NCBI GenBank assembly: GCA_010093605.1
Contig: MU004201.1
Span: forward strand, 186,001-250,000
Source of the DNA: Lophium mytilinum
Taxonomy: Eukaryota
Length of the DNA: 64,000 nt
Reading direction: 5' to 3'
Position numbers and translations under genes: made by a program. Below the pieces are notes generated by a model. That model saw only the letters and a list, made by a program, of their open reading frames with translations, made no database searches and was not told the origin of the DNA. Of the stretch, positions 1 to 14,562 are shown one piece after another (within the stretch, counting starts at the first letter, position 1; each line of letters starts with the position of its first letter).

Positions 1-194
1 AAGGTGTATTAACTATTACAAAAATCTAAGCTAAGGAGAAGAGAGAGAGCTAGGAGCTCTCGAGAGGTTATAGTTCGACGCCGGCGCACGGGCCGCGGCC
101 TAGCGCCTCGGGCTAGCGTCTTGCTTAGGTCACGTGAGGGGCGGCACGTAACCTTAGCACGTGATTATTGTAATTCTAGGCTTGTGCTATAATA
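1..194 (-). repeat. 3' LTR of A (partial, truncated by window start)
   Basis: Matches 41079-41272 and abuts the polypurine-tract complement at 195-207. Confidence 0.92.
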
Positions 195-649
195 CTACCC
201 CCCCTTTAAAAGCTAAAGTCCTGTAAGGTTTATAATGTACTATAGCTTCTCTAATCTTTTTATCTTATTCCTATTAAGCTGCCTGTGCAGCCTTTCCTTT
301 TCTATACTTACTATTATCTATAGCCTTACTATATCTATTATTTCTATTATTTCCGTCTTTATATTTATCCTTATAGTTATTTTTATAGTTGTCTTTATAG
401 TTGTCTTTATAGCTATTCTTAAGCGCTGCAAGCGGACTATATAGGTTAACCTAAGGCCTATTATTAGCTTCTACCTATTAGATTTCTACTTTGGGTTGCC
501 TATGCAGAATAGCCTTCTTGCAAGACAACTTAGCTACCTAATAAGGTCGTTTATACTTACTTAGGCTGGTACTAAGAATATTTTATAGGCCTACTATTAC
601 TGCGGTAGCGCTTACGCTCTTACCTATTATCTTCGCGACCTTAGGTTTA

Positions 650-3600
650 GATATACTAAACGTTAAATAAGGTTCTGCTTTAAGGCTGTGCTTATTATAA
701 TACTCTATAAGGAGCTTATTATAGCTGTCTACGTTCTAGTAAGGTTTCTATTTAGGCTGGGTATTATTATACCTGGTTTAGGCTATCTTATATATAAGGC
801 AGGGTTTCTTACCTATATATAGATCTAGCTGGCGGCCGTTAAATTAGAAATCTAGGACTTTGTTAACGTAGTACTACTCTATAAAGCTATTTTCTTCTAT
901 CTTAAGTATAGGTAGGGGTTCTAGACGTTGTCCTGGAAGGGGCGTCTTATTAAGTTAATAAAGTAGCTAGGGGTAGAATACCGGGAAAATTCCTTTTATA
1001 GACTTAGGAAAGTCTGGCTTATAGGCTATATTATTAATAACTCGCGTCATATAAAAGGAACTGAGATTCTTATAATTAAAGGACTTATTCGGCCGCATAA
1101 TGTAAATATTCTTAGTGTTAAGTATAACTATAATGTTAACCTTAAATTCTGGGGCGGGCAGGCGGTTCCGGTCGGCCAGCTCCTTTATTCTTAACTAATT
1201 CCAATGTAGTTTTTCTTTAAGGAACTCGCGCAGGTTGTAAATATAAGTAACTAGCTCCTCGGCTGCATTAACGCCTTGTTGCTTAGGGCCTGGGACAATA
1301 ACGCCCTATAAGGATAGCTTAAGACCACTGCAGGGTGTATAACCCTTAGTAGCTTTAAATAGTAAGACGCTAGTAGATTAATTAATATTAGCGTTGGCTT
1401 TAAATTTAGTAAAGGCAATTAGATTTACCTAGTTATCCTACAAGTAGTAGACGTAGGCACGTAGGTATAATCCGGCGTTAATAAATTTAGTTTAGCCGTC
1501 GGTTTTAGGGTAAGCTTTTGTTAACAACTTTAGGTGCGTTCTAACGCGCTCGCAGAGGTATTTCTAGGAAAAGGAAGTAAACTGGGCGCCTCTATCGGAG
1601 ATAATGCGGTCTAGATAGCCTTCTTCTCGCTAGATCTAGTTAAAAAAGGCTTGTGTAACGTCCTCTAGCTCTATAGAGTTGGGGTAGATAAACTTACGCT
1701 TCTTAGAAAGCTAATTAATAACTACTATAACGTGTTAGTATATGCGGCCCTTAATAATATAAGGGGGCAGCTTAGTAATAAAATTAATAGAGATGTCTAT
1801 CTAGTATTAATTTAGAATAGGAAGTGGTTTAAGTAAGCTATATTTACTATCCTTATATACCTTTATGCGTCTGCATATTAGGCATGCATTAATATATATA
1901 GTAATAGAGTTTATAATTTCTAGCTAGTAGTACTAGAAGGACAGGCGGTATAAGAGAGAGTTCCTCCTAGCATAGCCTCCTAAAAGAGAGTCGTAAGCTT
2001 CCTTAATTGACTGCGTGCGGAGCTTTGCATTATAAGGGACGTATAAGCGGCCGTTAATAAATAGCCTATTCTTATAGATCTCGCAGTCGCTAAGCTTAAT
2101 CTTAATGCCTTATTTCTAAATAAGTTTAAGCGGGATTTATTATTTACTAGTTTCCTTAGCGTGTATAATGCGCTGGAGGATGTTATCTTCTATATAAGCG
2201 CGGTTAATCTACTAAATAGTAGCGTTGTTAGTATAGTCTTCTAGCAAGTCTTTATCTAACTTATTACTAGGTTTAGATACCTTTAGCGCTCCTTCTTTAG
2301 GGATAGGTTCTATAGGTGCGGGTTTAGGGGCGATTAGTGCTGCAATATGTAGTATTACGTATATCTTTATCTAACGTACCACGGTCTACTACGGTTATAG
2401 TTAAGCGCTTCTTCTTGCCCCTAGTCCTACTAGCGGCTAGAACAATATATAGAATATTAGTTAGGTGCTATTTAGCTATTTTATATATAAGCTGGGCCAT
2501 TCTAATAATAGAGACTTTCTATTTATTTAGAAGCATGCTAGCGAGCTAAGGAGCTTAGTATATGCTGTCTAGTAGATTTCTCTTTTTTAAAATAGCTTAT
2601 ATTTAATGCATTATCCTAGGATTATTTAGATTGTCTAGAATGTTGCCTAGCCTATAAGTAAGGCTATTAGGCTTAATTTACTATTTGCCAGTTCGCCGGT
2701 TTAGGATGAAGTTACATTAAGAAAGATATTTAGCCCATCGGGCTTAACGGCGGTTTAACTGCTTAGAAGATATAAAGTATTCTAGATTCTTATAGTCTAT
2801 TTATATAAGCGTCGGGTTAATAACGCCGGTAAGCTTAGGTCGCCATTCCTTAAAGGCTTAGATAATAGTAAGTAATTCTTTATTATAGATCTTATAGTTA
2901 TACTCCGCCGGGGTTATCTTCTTTAATAGAAAGGCAACAGGACGCAGGATTCTATCTAGTTTACGTTGTAAAAGAATTGCGGCTATAATATAATCTAAGG
3001 CGTCGGTTTTTAGAATATAGTCTAAGTCTAGGTTAAAATAGGCAAGGACCGGGGCTGTTAGAAAGGAGGCTTTAAGTTTCTTTAAGGCTTGCGCTACTAG
3101 ACTATTAGCGAGTAAGAGGAAATTACCTTATTCCATTATTTTCTTAGTAAGCTTAGTTAGTAGAGCGGTAATCTATATATAACTAGCAATAAATCGCTAA
3201 TAGAAATTATAAAAGCTAAGGAATAGTTAGACGTCTTTAACGTTACGGGGTAGCTTCTAGTTCTAGATGGCGCTAATCTTAGCTGGGTCTATTTCTTTCC
3301 CGTTAGGCGTAATAATAGGTCTAAGGTACTTAACGCGTTTAACTAAGAAGTGGCACTTGTTAATGTCTAGAAAGAGTCCCGCGTCGCGCGGAGCTATAAG
3401 GACGTTTATGCAGTCCCTTTTATAGTTCTCTTTATTATTACTATAGATAAGAATATTATCTATATAGGCTATATAGTAGACGTCTAGATGCGGGCGTAGT
3501 ATAGAGTTAATAAATAACTAGAACGTGCCGGGGGCGTTGTATAAGCTAAAGGGCATAATATTAAATTTAAAGATGCCGTATTAAGTGTAAAAGGCTGTCT

Positions 3601-4603
3601 TAGGCTGATTACCCTTCTTAACGCGGATGTTGTTAGATGCGGCAATAATATTAAAGATGGAGTATATCTTAGCTTTATAAAGCTACATAGTTGTATTACG
3701 CAGGAGAGGAGGGGCGTTCCTGTTCTTACTTATAATTTTGTTTAGTAAGCGGTAATTAATGTAGATGCAGAGTTCTCCGCCGAGCTTGCGGATAACTATA
3801 ACTGGCGCCGTAAATAGCGACGTGCTAGGGTAAATAAAGCTCTTTCTAAGCATCTTATTAATATAGGCCTTAACGGCACGCAGCTCGTTATAGAAGAGGC
3901 CGTATTAGTGCGGGACGGGGGGTTTTGCGTTTAGATCTTTAAAGTTACTAGCATGGTTCTAACTAGGCCTATGCGGGGGCAGTTTATTAGCTGCTTGCGG
4001 ATTAAGAGCGTCTAGAATCTAATAGAAGAAAGGAGAAATCTTTTATTAAAACTAGTCCTTTATATATAGTAATTTTATTATTTTCTCTTTAAACTAATAA
4101 TAGTCCTTAGCGGTAACGCCTACTAGGTTTGCGACCTATTATCTATAGGTGTATTAGTTGTCTATATCTAGAGGTTAATCTAGCTGCTTAAAATTCCGTA
4201 AAGTAACGGTTATTACTATATCTTCGTCGCGTTTAGCTATAGTGGAACAGGCGTACGCGGAGATAAATTAAATATTGTATGCTAGCGGCTTATCTAGTAG
4301 AACTAGTTTAGGCGGAAGAGGCTTACCGTTATAATTAAGCTAAGGGGAGTCTTCCGCGTTATCGGGGCCTTGAACGGCCGGGCTAAGGTTAGGGTTAGAG
4401 CTGCGGGGGCTATATTAAGAGCCGTGGAAATCGCCTAGGTTCTAGTATAGTTTAATTTAAATATATTTTAAATAAATAAGGCTCTTTATAATAACTAGTC
4501 TACTATAACGGAGGCAGTTAGTTATATAGTAGTTAGATTAGAAGATAAGTTATATCTTCCTAAAACTAATAGTAGGGTTGTAAAGTTAAAGCTAGGGTAT
4601 ACC
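650..4603 (-). pseudogene. pol: pol of A (RT-RNase H-integrase-chromodomain), RIP-degraded
   Basis: Minus-strand motifs: GMPW-like protease tail at the B junction, YIDNILIY (YxDD) ~3445-3470, RNase H TDA ~3000, integrase IISDRGAQF ~1580-1610, GPF. Stops are TAA/TAG at Gln/Trp positions. Confidence 0.88.
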
Positions 4604-4823
4604 TATTATAGTATAATAGCGGATTGTAAGAGAAGACCTAATATTAGTATATATAGACAAAGTAGCTACAAGAAAGAGAGAAGGGCGCGGAGCGCTAGCT
4701 AAGAGGTAGGCGAGGCTAGCGCTAAGCCTAGTCATGTAACGGTGATTACGTGCTAGAGGGCATGTAACGCCGTTACGTGTATTAGGAACGTATTATAATA
4801 GGGGTCGCGTTACAGCTATAATA
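4604..4823 (-). repeat. 3' LTR of B (220 bp)
   Basis: Direct repeat of 30000-30219, followed by ctaccccccctct. Confidence 0.93.
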
Positions 4824-5199
4824 CTACCCCCCCTCTAAAAGGAACTATATATAGAGCTCCTTCTAGTATTATACTTTAGCCTTTCTATTTTATACTTGCC
4901 GTGCGCAAGTACTTCTTCCTAATTAGTCTTTCCTTAATTAGTCCTTTCTTAATTAGTCTTTCCGTTAATTGTATAGTCTTGCTATAATCCTCTATAACCT
5001 TATAGTCTTTTATATAGTGTTGTAAACCGTGGGTATTATAAACTATAGGTGCCGTACAGGCGTAATGTAAATTAGTATAGGAGTTAAACTTATAAACCTT
5101 TATATTACCTATTACCTAGTAGTCCGCTAGGTTAGCGTCTTCTAACGGGGTTAGTAATTGCTTAGCTAGCTAGCGCTGGTTAGCTTTAGTAATATCTAG

Positions 5200-6207
5200 T
5201 CTAAGTGCCTACTTCTATAGTCTTAGCATAATTATAGCTAGCAGGGGTTTCTAGTGCTTAGGTTTCTTAAAAGACTTGTAAGGGCCGGCGGCGTTAGGGT
5301 ATTAATAATAGTAATCCATCACAACGTTGCGGTAATTAAACGTGCTTTTATATAATTTCTACTTGGATTTAGCGTTCCAGTTAGGGTAACCGGTGTAGCG
5401 GATTTTATACTGCAAGAGGCCTTTAGTGCCTGCGGTAGGATTAATTATTACTTTATTAATATGTACGTTAATAATGTTATCTATGTCCTATTATTTAAAA
5501 CCTTCCTAATTAACTTTAATAGGGCCGGGTTTATTATATATCTGTCCTTTAAGCGGCTTATAAGTAATCCTATAGAGTAACTATAGGTAGAAAATGTTAA
5601 ATAGTCCTTTTATAGTTTATGGCAGTGCAAGCTTATAGGCGCTATTATTGCTAACGCATATAATCTTATAAGGGCCTAGCTGCTTATAATTAATTAACTT
5701 ATTTAGGCGTTGTGTCTTAATGTTGCGAGCGTTAAGTATAACCTTATTACTAACTTTAAACTTAGGTGTGGGCTTGCGCTTAAGGTTTATATAGTAAGCT
5801 TATTATGCTTAGACCTAGGTAAGCTTATCTTATAGAAAGAGCTAGAGTTAGTTAATCCTCTTAGCTAGGGCGTTAGCTTTCTCTTAAAGTAATTTCTAGG
5901 GTCCTTTTAAGTTAATAGAGTTATCTGCTAGTTCTAGTCCTAAGCGCGGGTTGTAGCCTTTAGTGGCTACAAATAGTAACACGCCTATTACTATTTTAGC
6001 GCAGTTAGCCTTAAATTCGGCGATAGGTAGAAGATCTACCTAGTTATCTTATTTATAGTTAATATAGGCGCGTAGATATTACTTAAGTGCTATATTAGCG
6101 ATCTTAGTCTAGCTATTTATTTTAGGGTAAAATAATAAGAACAACTTAGGTAAGGTGCTAATACGGGCGTAGAGGCGTTTCTAGAAGTATAATATAAACT
6201 ACGCCCC
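5200..6207 (-). pseudogene. pol: pol of B, 3' part (integrase C-terminal half and chromodomain)
   Basis: Minus strand shows the GPY motif and chromodomain-like LLQYKIRYTGYP.WN at ~5370-5420. Integrase resumes at 14563. Confidence 0.85.
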
Positions 6208-6390
6208 TATAATAGATCTAGGCCTCTTTTCCTAGCTATTATATGCTCGCTAGGAACATCGTTGTTCCGCCACCGACGTGCCTCTCTAGATAGATCGCGA
6301 GCAGCCTTATACTCCGGCTCCTTGCAGCACGTCTTATAATATAATCCTACTTCTTATCCTATATACCTCTATACCTTACTGCCTATAACA
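6208..6390 (+). repeat. 5' LTR of C (183 bp)
   Basis: Direct repeat of 14380-14562, ends taaca. Confidence 0.95.
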
Positions 6391-6610
6391 CTACGTGCTG
6401 CCTATATACCAGGTTGTCTTTTTACATAATTCTAACTACTTATTACACAACTAGACCATATACTGCCCAGCACTTAATATTATTACTGCGATTCTATACC
6501 GTTTTAGCTTAGCCGCGCGACCTATAAACTACATTTCCTTAAAGCCCTACTATTAACCTATGGGTCCGCTTAGTTAAGTGACCCTAGGGTCTATACAACT
6601 ACATTCTTAC

Positions 6611-6770
6611 GGCCTGCGGGCGTACAAAAACGGTCTAAGGATCTGCCCAGTTAAAAGAGCCTGCGGGCCATTTAACTACAGCCTACGGGCCGCTTAGTTA
6701 ATCGCCTGCGGGCCGCTCAGTAATAAGCCTGCGGGCCGCTTAGTAATAAGACTGCGACGCGCTTACTTAG
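6611..6770 (+). repeat. Degenerate ~23-bp tandem repeat (gcctgcgggccgcttagtaataa) in the leader of C
   Basis: About 5-6 copies of the gcctgcgggcc core. Confidence 0.75.
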
Positions 6771-7299
6771 ATTTGCTAAGACAAGTGGCTATTTAATTAG
6801 TAATTATTCACTACACATAATAAACCTAACTTAGCTCCGGCCACGTCGCCACTTCCTCTAAGCCTGCTCGCCGCGCTTACTTCCTTCCTCCTCTACCCTC
6901 TCTATATTACCCTCCTCTACCCTCTCTACATTACTAACCGTATCTAGCACTGCGCTGCGCACACTCCACCCCTTTCTATAACCTACGGGTTAATTATTAC
7001 TGCTTATTATATTAAATAAGGAAAACCCTATCTATATTAAGTCCAACCACGAGCCTCTATACACTTATTCTACTTCCTCTACTAACTCTAACAATAATTA
7101 ACCCTACATGTTAGTCTCACCATTACAAGGTCGGCTTTAGCGTAAGAAGAAGTCGCAGGAAGAACAATACTTGTAAGTGGAGCAGTTTGCGCAGAATACA
7201 GAACTCCTAGAAGAAACCCAGCAAACATCGAACACCCTTAGTTATAGCTAACCTGTATTCACTTAAAAACATTAAAGGCGGCAATACTGCTATAGACAA

Positions 7300-9490
7300 A
7301 ACCATGGATAAACATGGCGTGGATGGCCCCCTAATAAGTAAGATTAATACCCCCGCCCGTTGCGTTAGTAACACGCTAATGGAACTAATAAGAACTACAC
7401 CGGGTTACTTTATAGAAGACTCTACTTTTATTAACTACTTGATAGTTAGCTAAGCCGAGAAGCTTAAGCTTATTTAGATCGATAACGCTAACGCCTACCT
7501 TATACTTATTAAGGCAAATCCTAAGAAGCAATACTAGATTCTTTAAGGATATAAGCTACAAGCACAGCGTAAGGAAATTGCGCGTGAGGATGCCGAACAC
7601 AGTTGCAAAACCCTTTAAGATAGGCTTAACCTCGAACAGAACTTGGTTCAGAAGAAAGAAGACGAGATTGAGATCCTAGAGGAATAAGTCGAAACCCTTA
7701 CCGCCCAGATAGTTAAACTCAAGAAAGCGCAAGAAGACGTTAAATCCCAACGCGACGCCGCTATTACTAAACGGGATGCGCTTACTAACGCATTAGCTAA
7801 GAATTAAATCCAACTATTCAAAGATAAATTAATTGCGTAAGAGCTTAAGCTAGCTTCTAAAGCGGACAAGATACTTAAGCAAGCCGCTAACATAGAGAAG
7901 CTGGAGCACAAGCTTAATAAGATAAAGATAAAGCTTGAAAAGTTAAGGATCGAACACGACCGTTAAGTTACTTAGGTTGCCGTCTAAAAAGGGAACTTTA
8001 AGTCCGTAAAGAAGGCTTATAAGACTCGGGGCATTGCAATTAAAGCTCTTAAGGGCGAGATTGCACGGCTTAAACGCCGCGTTATTGTCACCGCACTAGC
8101 TACTATTCTAGTTGCAACACCTCCTAGACTAATACTTACGGTAACGGCCACGACTTTAAAGAAAGCTGTGGCGCCTACTAGTCCTAATGCGATTAATAGG
8201 TTCTTCCCTACCGCAATAACTATAACTGGCCTAGAAGGTGCACTACCTCCTCCACCGGAGGACCACAATATAATAGATTAGGACAATCCCAAGTAGAAGA
8301 AGCGGTCTAAGAAGTCCAGGTTATGAAAGAAGAAGCGCCACAACCTAGACTCTAGCGATTCCAGCAGCTCTAGCTCTAGCTCCAACAGCTCCTCCAGCGA
8401 TAATAATGAGCTTCGGAGTCGCGGCCGACACCAATCTAAGCGCTATTAGTTACGCTCACCGTTATAAAACTATATCGCTAATGCACTAGAGTTTAATAGC
8501 AACAAGGCCATATACCCAGGTTGGAAAGGCCGTGTTATACTTAAGATTACTAGCGGAGGACGCGCCTTTACTATAGACACTGCGCAGCTTACATATATAG
8601 TGTCTAGGATTAAGCTTAACTCTATTACTGGGAAGTTTATAACCTCGCAGCAGATGTCTATAAATAAGCTACGCACGCTAAATAAAGGTTAGGTTTTTAT
8701 AGACGCCTGATTCCTTAACCCTAATATAGAAGCTACCGCTCGCGAGACGTTGCGCAACCTATACTAGTAGAAGGGTGAGGGCATGGATAACTTCTATAGC
8801 CGCGTGGAAGAATAGACTAATATAATACCACGATGGGATTATAATAAAGACACTATAAGAGTACTCCGTAAACTCGCTCTACCCTAGATTACTAAAGGCG
8901 CAGCGGATAGTAAGTTATTTTCCACCGCATTGGATATGGTGGCCGCTATGCGCCGTTATTAGCGTAATAGCACCGCGCGCACCACGCGCAACGTATACGT
9001 ACTATCTCTTTCCCAGCCATAGCAAGAATACTAGCGCGGGGGTTATTAGCGTGGAGGCTATTAACGCGGGGGACAACGTGGAAACTATTAGCGTAGTAGT
9101 TATATCTAACCTTAGGCGCCGCGCACTCTATATAACCTAACTACAACAAATACAAACTATACTCCGCTAGCCATCGCCGCAGCGGGAGTAGATAATAATA
9201 TTAACCCCCGCACTGGTCAGCCATGGGGACCCGTTAACGTTCCTGCGGACTAGCAGCCCCCGGGCGTTCTTACTAATAATAAGCGCGCGGCGCTTAGAGC
9301 TACAGAAGGTTGCTACCGTTACCGTGTACTAGGATGTAAGAAAGGAAACCCTAACTACCCTATGGCTTAGCTTGTTAATCAACGCCCCAACTACCCTCGT
9401 TAAGCCTAGCCCGGCGCCCTAGCTATCCGCGCTATAAACAACGCCAACCTATAGAGTTAAGGCTATAGCTATAGATAGGGAAATACTTAG
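7300..9490 (+). pseudogene. gag: gag of C (long E/K/L-rich N-terminus, C-terminal Cys knuckle), RIP-degraded
   Basis: Long frame broken by TAA/TAG. E/K/L-rich 7550-8080, GCYR... near 9310, ends at the GGGAAAT junction. Start approximate. Confidence 0.7.
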
Positions 9491-12400
9491 CCCTAGGTTA
9501 TAGCTGCAACTTAGGGCCTACGGTGAGTGGTAGCAATATAATACTAGTTACACGGTTAATATATAAAGGAGTAGTGGGCACAATTAATAAGCTAGATAAA
9601 ATTAGGCTGAATTCTTTAGAGACTCTTAAAATTAGTAAAGCGTTAATTTAAATAGATGTTGCTCTGCAGGATAATTATTATCTAAAGCTGGTTGGAGACG
9701 TATAAACGTATAAGAATGGCAAGCCTATTTCCATAATACCTACTCTTTCGCTTATTAATAGTAGAGCTACACGGATCTTTATTAATACCACTTACGCGCA
9801 TACCTATAATCTACCCCTAATTCCCTTACTTCGAGCTTGCACACTAGAACTGGCCGACGGCGGGGCCGTGGCTAAGAAAATTACCTATATTGCGCTTGTC
9901 TATTTTAATCTTAATAGATACGCTAAATAAATAGAAGCCTTTATTACAGACCTTGGCCCAGCTTTCCTTATCCTAGAATATAAATGGTTGGACAGACACA
10001 ACCCCGCGATTAACTGGCATAAATAACGTATTAACTTTTTCCAACTATACTGCTGTTATTATTATATGCGCAATTACAACACTATAGCAGTATAGAGTCC
10101 CTCTCATCGGCCTAGGCTATTACTAGCTAATAACGGCGTTCATTCCGATACACACTACGTATCCGCGGGCCCTGCGCATGCGTATATGCAGGAAGGATGG
10201 CTTACAGAAGAACTGCTACTCCACGTACTTTAGGATATCGACGCGGAATATAATATACTTATCTATAACAATGGTATATAAGTACTAGTTATCCAGTAAG
10301 GAGCGGATGTCCTAGAACGAGTAAATGCGATAACAATAACGGACATTAATAAGTTCCTCCGCGCCAAAACATATATAACTAAGGAAGAGATACTGCGTAA
10401 GCTACCTAAAGTATATTACTAATATATAGACGTGTTTAAGTAGTATAACGCTAATACGCTGCTACTAAATCGCCTAGGAGTTAATTATAAAATTTATTTA
10501 TTATCTAATGCAGAAGCTAGGCTTCTATGCGCACGCCTATATCCTATGTCTAAAGGAGAATTACAAGTTATTAAGAAGTAGATTAACGACAACCTCGCTA
10601 AGGGTTTTATAGAACCTGCGCAATTAGATGTCTTGTTACCTATACTTCTAGTGCGTAAACTAGGCGGAGAAGTGCATTTCTGCGTAGATTACTATGTAGT
10701 AAACGCTCTTACAGTTTAATTACATTACCTAATCCCGCTTATATAAGAGACTGTAAACTAACTAAGTTATATAAAATAGTTTACTAAGCTGAATGTTATA
10801 GGAGCTTTCAACCGAATTTATATAAAACCGGAAGATGAATAACTTACCGGGTTTACTACTCGCTACGGCGCTTTTAAATCCAAGGTACTCCCTTTTAGGC
10901 TTACCGGAGGACCAGCAACTTTCTAAGGATATATTAACAACGCGCTCTACAACTACCTAGACGATTTCTATTCTACTTACCTAGATAACATCCTTATATA
11001 CTCTATGGATAAGAAACAGTATAAAATATACATTAAGCAGGTTCTCTAATGCTTGCGCGAGCACGGGCCACAAGCCGATATTAACAAGTCCAAATTCAGT
11101 GTTAAATAAGTTAAGTACCTTAGCCTTATTATTACCACGAGCGGAATTCGTATAGACCCTAAGAAAGTTAAAGCTATTATAAGTTGGCAGACACCTATAT
11201 GCATTAAGGACGTTTAAGCTTTTCTAGGATTAGCTAATTTCTACCGGCGTTTTGTACACGGATTCTCCAGGATCGTACACCCGCTAACATTAATAATGCG
11301 AACCTCTAGCGACAATACACTAAAGAAGAATAAGAAAGGAAGAGTCTAGCTACGTTTCTACTAGGCTAACGCTTGCGATACAGCTTTTAGAATCCTTAAA
11401 GAAGCGTTCGTCTCTACCCCGGTCCTGGCTTATTTCTAATACGGCAAGAAAGTGTATATTGAAACGGACGCCTTGGACTATATTATTGCCGGTGTTATAT
11501 TATAGATAGGCAACGACGGCTTACTATATTCTATTGCTTTCTTCTCCACTAAGATGATACTATAAGAGACTAACTACAAAATATATAATAAGGAACTGCT
11601 TATAATTATTAAAGCTTTTAAATAGTAGAGGCCTAAACTAGCTAGTGCGGATCTAGAGAACCCCACCGAGATTCTTACTAATTACTAGAACCTAGAATAG
11701 TTTATAACCACTAAGTAACTAAATAGGAGGCAAGCCCGCTAGGCAGAGTTTCTTACTAGGTTCAACTTCAAGATTATATACAGGCCAGGCGTATTTAGTG
11801 TTAAGCCTAATAGCCTTACTAGACGCTTACAGGATCTGCCCAGCGGACCCGATAACCCACGCACCCAGTATTAGCACTAGACTATACTAAAGAGCCATAA
11901 CCTAGGCGCGGGCGTTGCGCCGGTTGTCGCTAACCATAAATTGCATTATTATAATAATAAAGACCTTTATAACCTTACCAAGCAATTAAGCTATATAATA
12001 AGCGGCCCGTCGGCCGACTTAGCGCCTAGCTTATTATTTAAGAAACTCCCTTGCCATCTTATGCTCGACCTATTGCTAGCCGCAAGCCTCCATCTTAACT
12101 TCTTCTAGCTCGCTCCCGCCGCTATACAAGAAGACGGCGCGCTGCCCGCAGCGGCACCTAAACCTGGTGCCGAGCCTAAACAGTTACTTAGTAACCTAAT
12201 TAACGACGCGTATTAATTACTATTGCTACTAGAGGAACTAATAGACCCTGCAGTGCACTTGCTAATGGCGCTAGTACGGAACGAAGCGCGCACTCTCCCT
12301 GCGGAACTACGGCAGTTGCTTGGCAACCTTAATATAGGCGCGTTTAAAATTATTATAGGTAGCGATAACTAGAACGCCCGCTTATACTATTACGGCAGAT

Positions 12401-13930
12401 TATATATTCTAGACTACGCTGCGCTACGCCTACGTCTACTCTAGGTCTCGCATATAGTACTAACCAGCGGCCACCTAGGAAAACACGGAACATATAAACT
12501 CCTCTAGAGGTATTACTTCTAGCCTAAGATAATAGATTTAGTTAAGTAATTCACTTAAGCTTGCTATGGCTGTTAACGAGCTAAGGCCTCCAGGAGTAAG
12601 AAACAAGGCCTACTTCGCAGCCTGCCTGTCGGCGAACATTGCTGGACCGACATTGCGTTCAACTTTGTTACTAATCTTCCTCCCTGTATTAGGAACGGCA
12701 TTAAGTATACTTCTATCCTTGTAGTTATTAACTATTTATCTAAGCAGCGCTACTATATTCCTATGGCCGGCATAACGGCAAAAGACGTTGCTAATATATT
12801 TATCCGCGAAATCTTCCATTTGCACGGACTTCCATAAAGAATCGTTAGCAACTTAGGCACTAATTTTACCTTAGATTTCTAGCGCCGCGTCTGCACGCGC
12901 CTAGGTGTTAACCTATAGATGTTAACGGCGTATCACCCTAAGATAGATAGATAGACTAAGAATGCGAACTTATTTATGAAAGCCTTTCTATAGCTATTTG
13001 TTAATTACTAGCAAAGTAACTAGGTTAACTAGCTACCTATTAGCAAATTTATTGCAAATAACACAGTCAACGCCTCTATAGAATTCTTACCCTTTTTCTT
13101 TAACTATAGCTTCCATCTAAGGCAAGGTATAGAACCGCTAGCTCTATTAGAGTAAGGCCTTGTACACTACACCCGCATAAACTTAACGCTTGCTAACTAA
13201 TATATTACTTATCTGCAAGAAGTGCTTACAGAGGGATAGCAGTAAATAACTTGGGCTAAGAATAAACAAGCTAAATTTATAAATCGACACCGTAATCCAC
13301 CACCACTAATAAAAGTAAATAATTGGGTCTAGCTTAACGCCCGGAACGTTAAAATAAAACGCAAGAACAAGTCCTTAGACTATAAGAACATTAGACTATA
13401 CTAAATTAAGAAAGTTATTAACTACAGCGCCGCATATAAGCTTAGCTTCTATAGAATATGCTAGCTAAACGGGTCTAGCCGGTTTTCTTACCGTACTTGC
13501 TACACCTCTATAACGCCTAACCTATTAAGAGGCAACAACAACCCGAGCCACCGCCTGTTGTAGTTATTAATAAAGGAGGAAAAGAGAACACAGAATACCC
13601 TATTAAAGACATTATTGCTAGTAGATAGTAATAATACGGACGCTACTAGGAACTATAATATAAGCCCTGGTGGACCGGTTACACTGCACTAAGTAATTAG
13701 GAAAACTGGAGCTGCTTTAAGGGAGAAGGCGCTTGGAAACTAGTATAGCGTTTCTATTAATTACACCCATAAGAAGATAGACCCTATAAAGACTTTCTAA
13801 AACCTCCGGAAGAATAGCGCTATAACAAGGACCCGGACTTAAACAATACGCCTAAGCAACCAGCCGCGCGTATAGTAGCCCTACGGCTAGAATTAGTTAA
13901 AGTTAACAGCTTAAAGATTACAACGTGAGC
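9480..13930 (+). pseudogene. pol: pol of C (PR-RT-RH-IN-chromodomain), RIP-degraded
   Basis: LPFRLTGGPATF, YLDNILIYS (~10978), ETDA (11461), GHLG, integrase core, chromodomain EYPIKDII...YKPWWTGY (~13593-13685). Confidence 0.9.
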
Positions 13931-14379
13931 TATAAGGTCAGCTAGCTAATTAAAGTAAGACCAAACTCTTTGCTTTAGAATTAGATCCTCCGCTGCACGG
14001 TTTCCGCTAAGTCGTTAGAGGAGGTTATTACCCAGTAACGCCGTAAGCACGCCGCTGCAAGATATTAAGTTTATCTATAATTACAGGTTGTAGTGCAGTG
14101 CGTACTAATAACTCTAAAGCTAAGTATACTAAGGTTATAAAGCTACTAATATATAGGCAAACGCTTACCAATATTTAACTCGACAACCTATAGTTGCACA
14201 GCCTTGCTATTACAACTAGCCTTTCTATTACAATCAGCCCTTCCATTATAATTAACCCTTCCGTTAACAGCCGCTTTCTATACACTCTCTACGGCCCTAA
14301 GGCTTATAGTTGCTTCGTCTTACGGTTTATACAACTCTTATTTAGAGGAGGGGGGTTTTCTTTTTAAAGGGGGGGGTAG

Positions 14380-14562
14380 TATAACAGATCTAGGCCTCTT
14401 TTCCTAGCTATTACGTGCTCGCTAGGAACATCGTTATTCCGCCACCGACGTGCCTCTCTAGATAGATCGCGAGCAGCCTTATACTCCGGCTTCTTGCAGC
14501 ACGTCTTATAATACAATCCTACTTCTTGTTCTATACACCTCCGTACCTTACTACCCGTAACA
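14380..14562 (+). repeat. 3' LTR of C
   Basis: Preceded by PPT, followed by TSD gcccc. Confidence 0.95.

Larger units (their letters stand above)
6208..14562 (+). mobile_element. Full-length Ty3/Gypsy chromovirus C (8355 bp) inserted in the integrase of B
   Basis: 183-bp LTRs at 6208-6390 and 14380-14562. Perfect TSD GCCCC (6203-6207, 14563-14567). PPT aaaggggggggtag before 14380. Order gag-PR-RT-RH-IN-chromo. Confidence 0.95.

Noticed and set aside
235..444. Hydrophobic 69-aa ORF resembling a membrane protein
   Set aside because: It is antisense to the repetitive 3' region of A. The Ile/Leu/Phe/Val richness comes from RIP-driven AT bias and 12-bp repeats.
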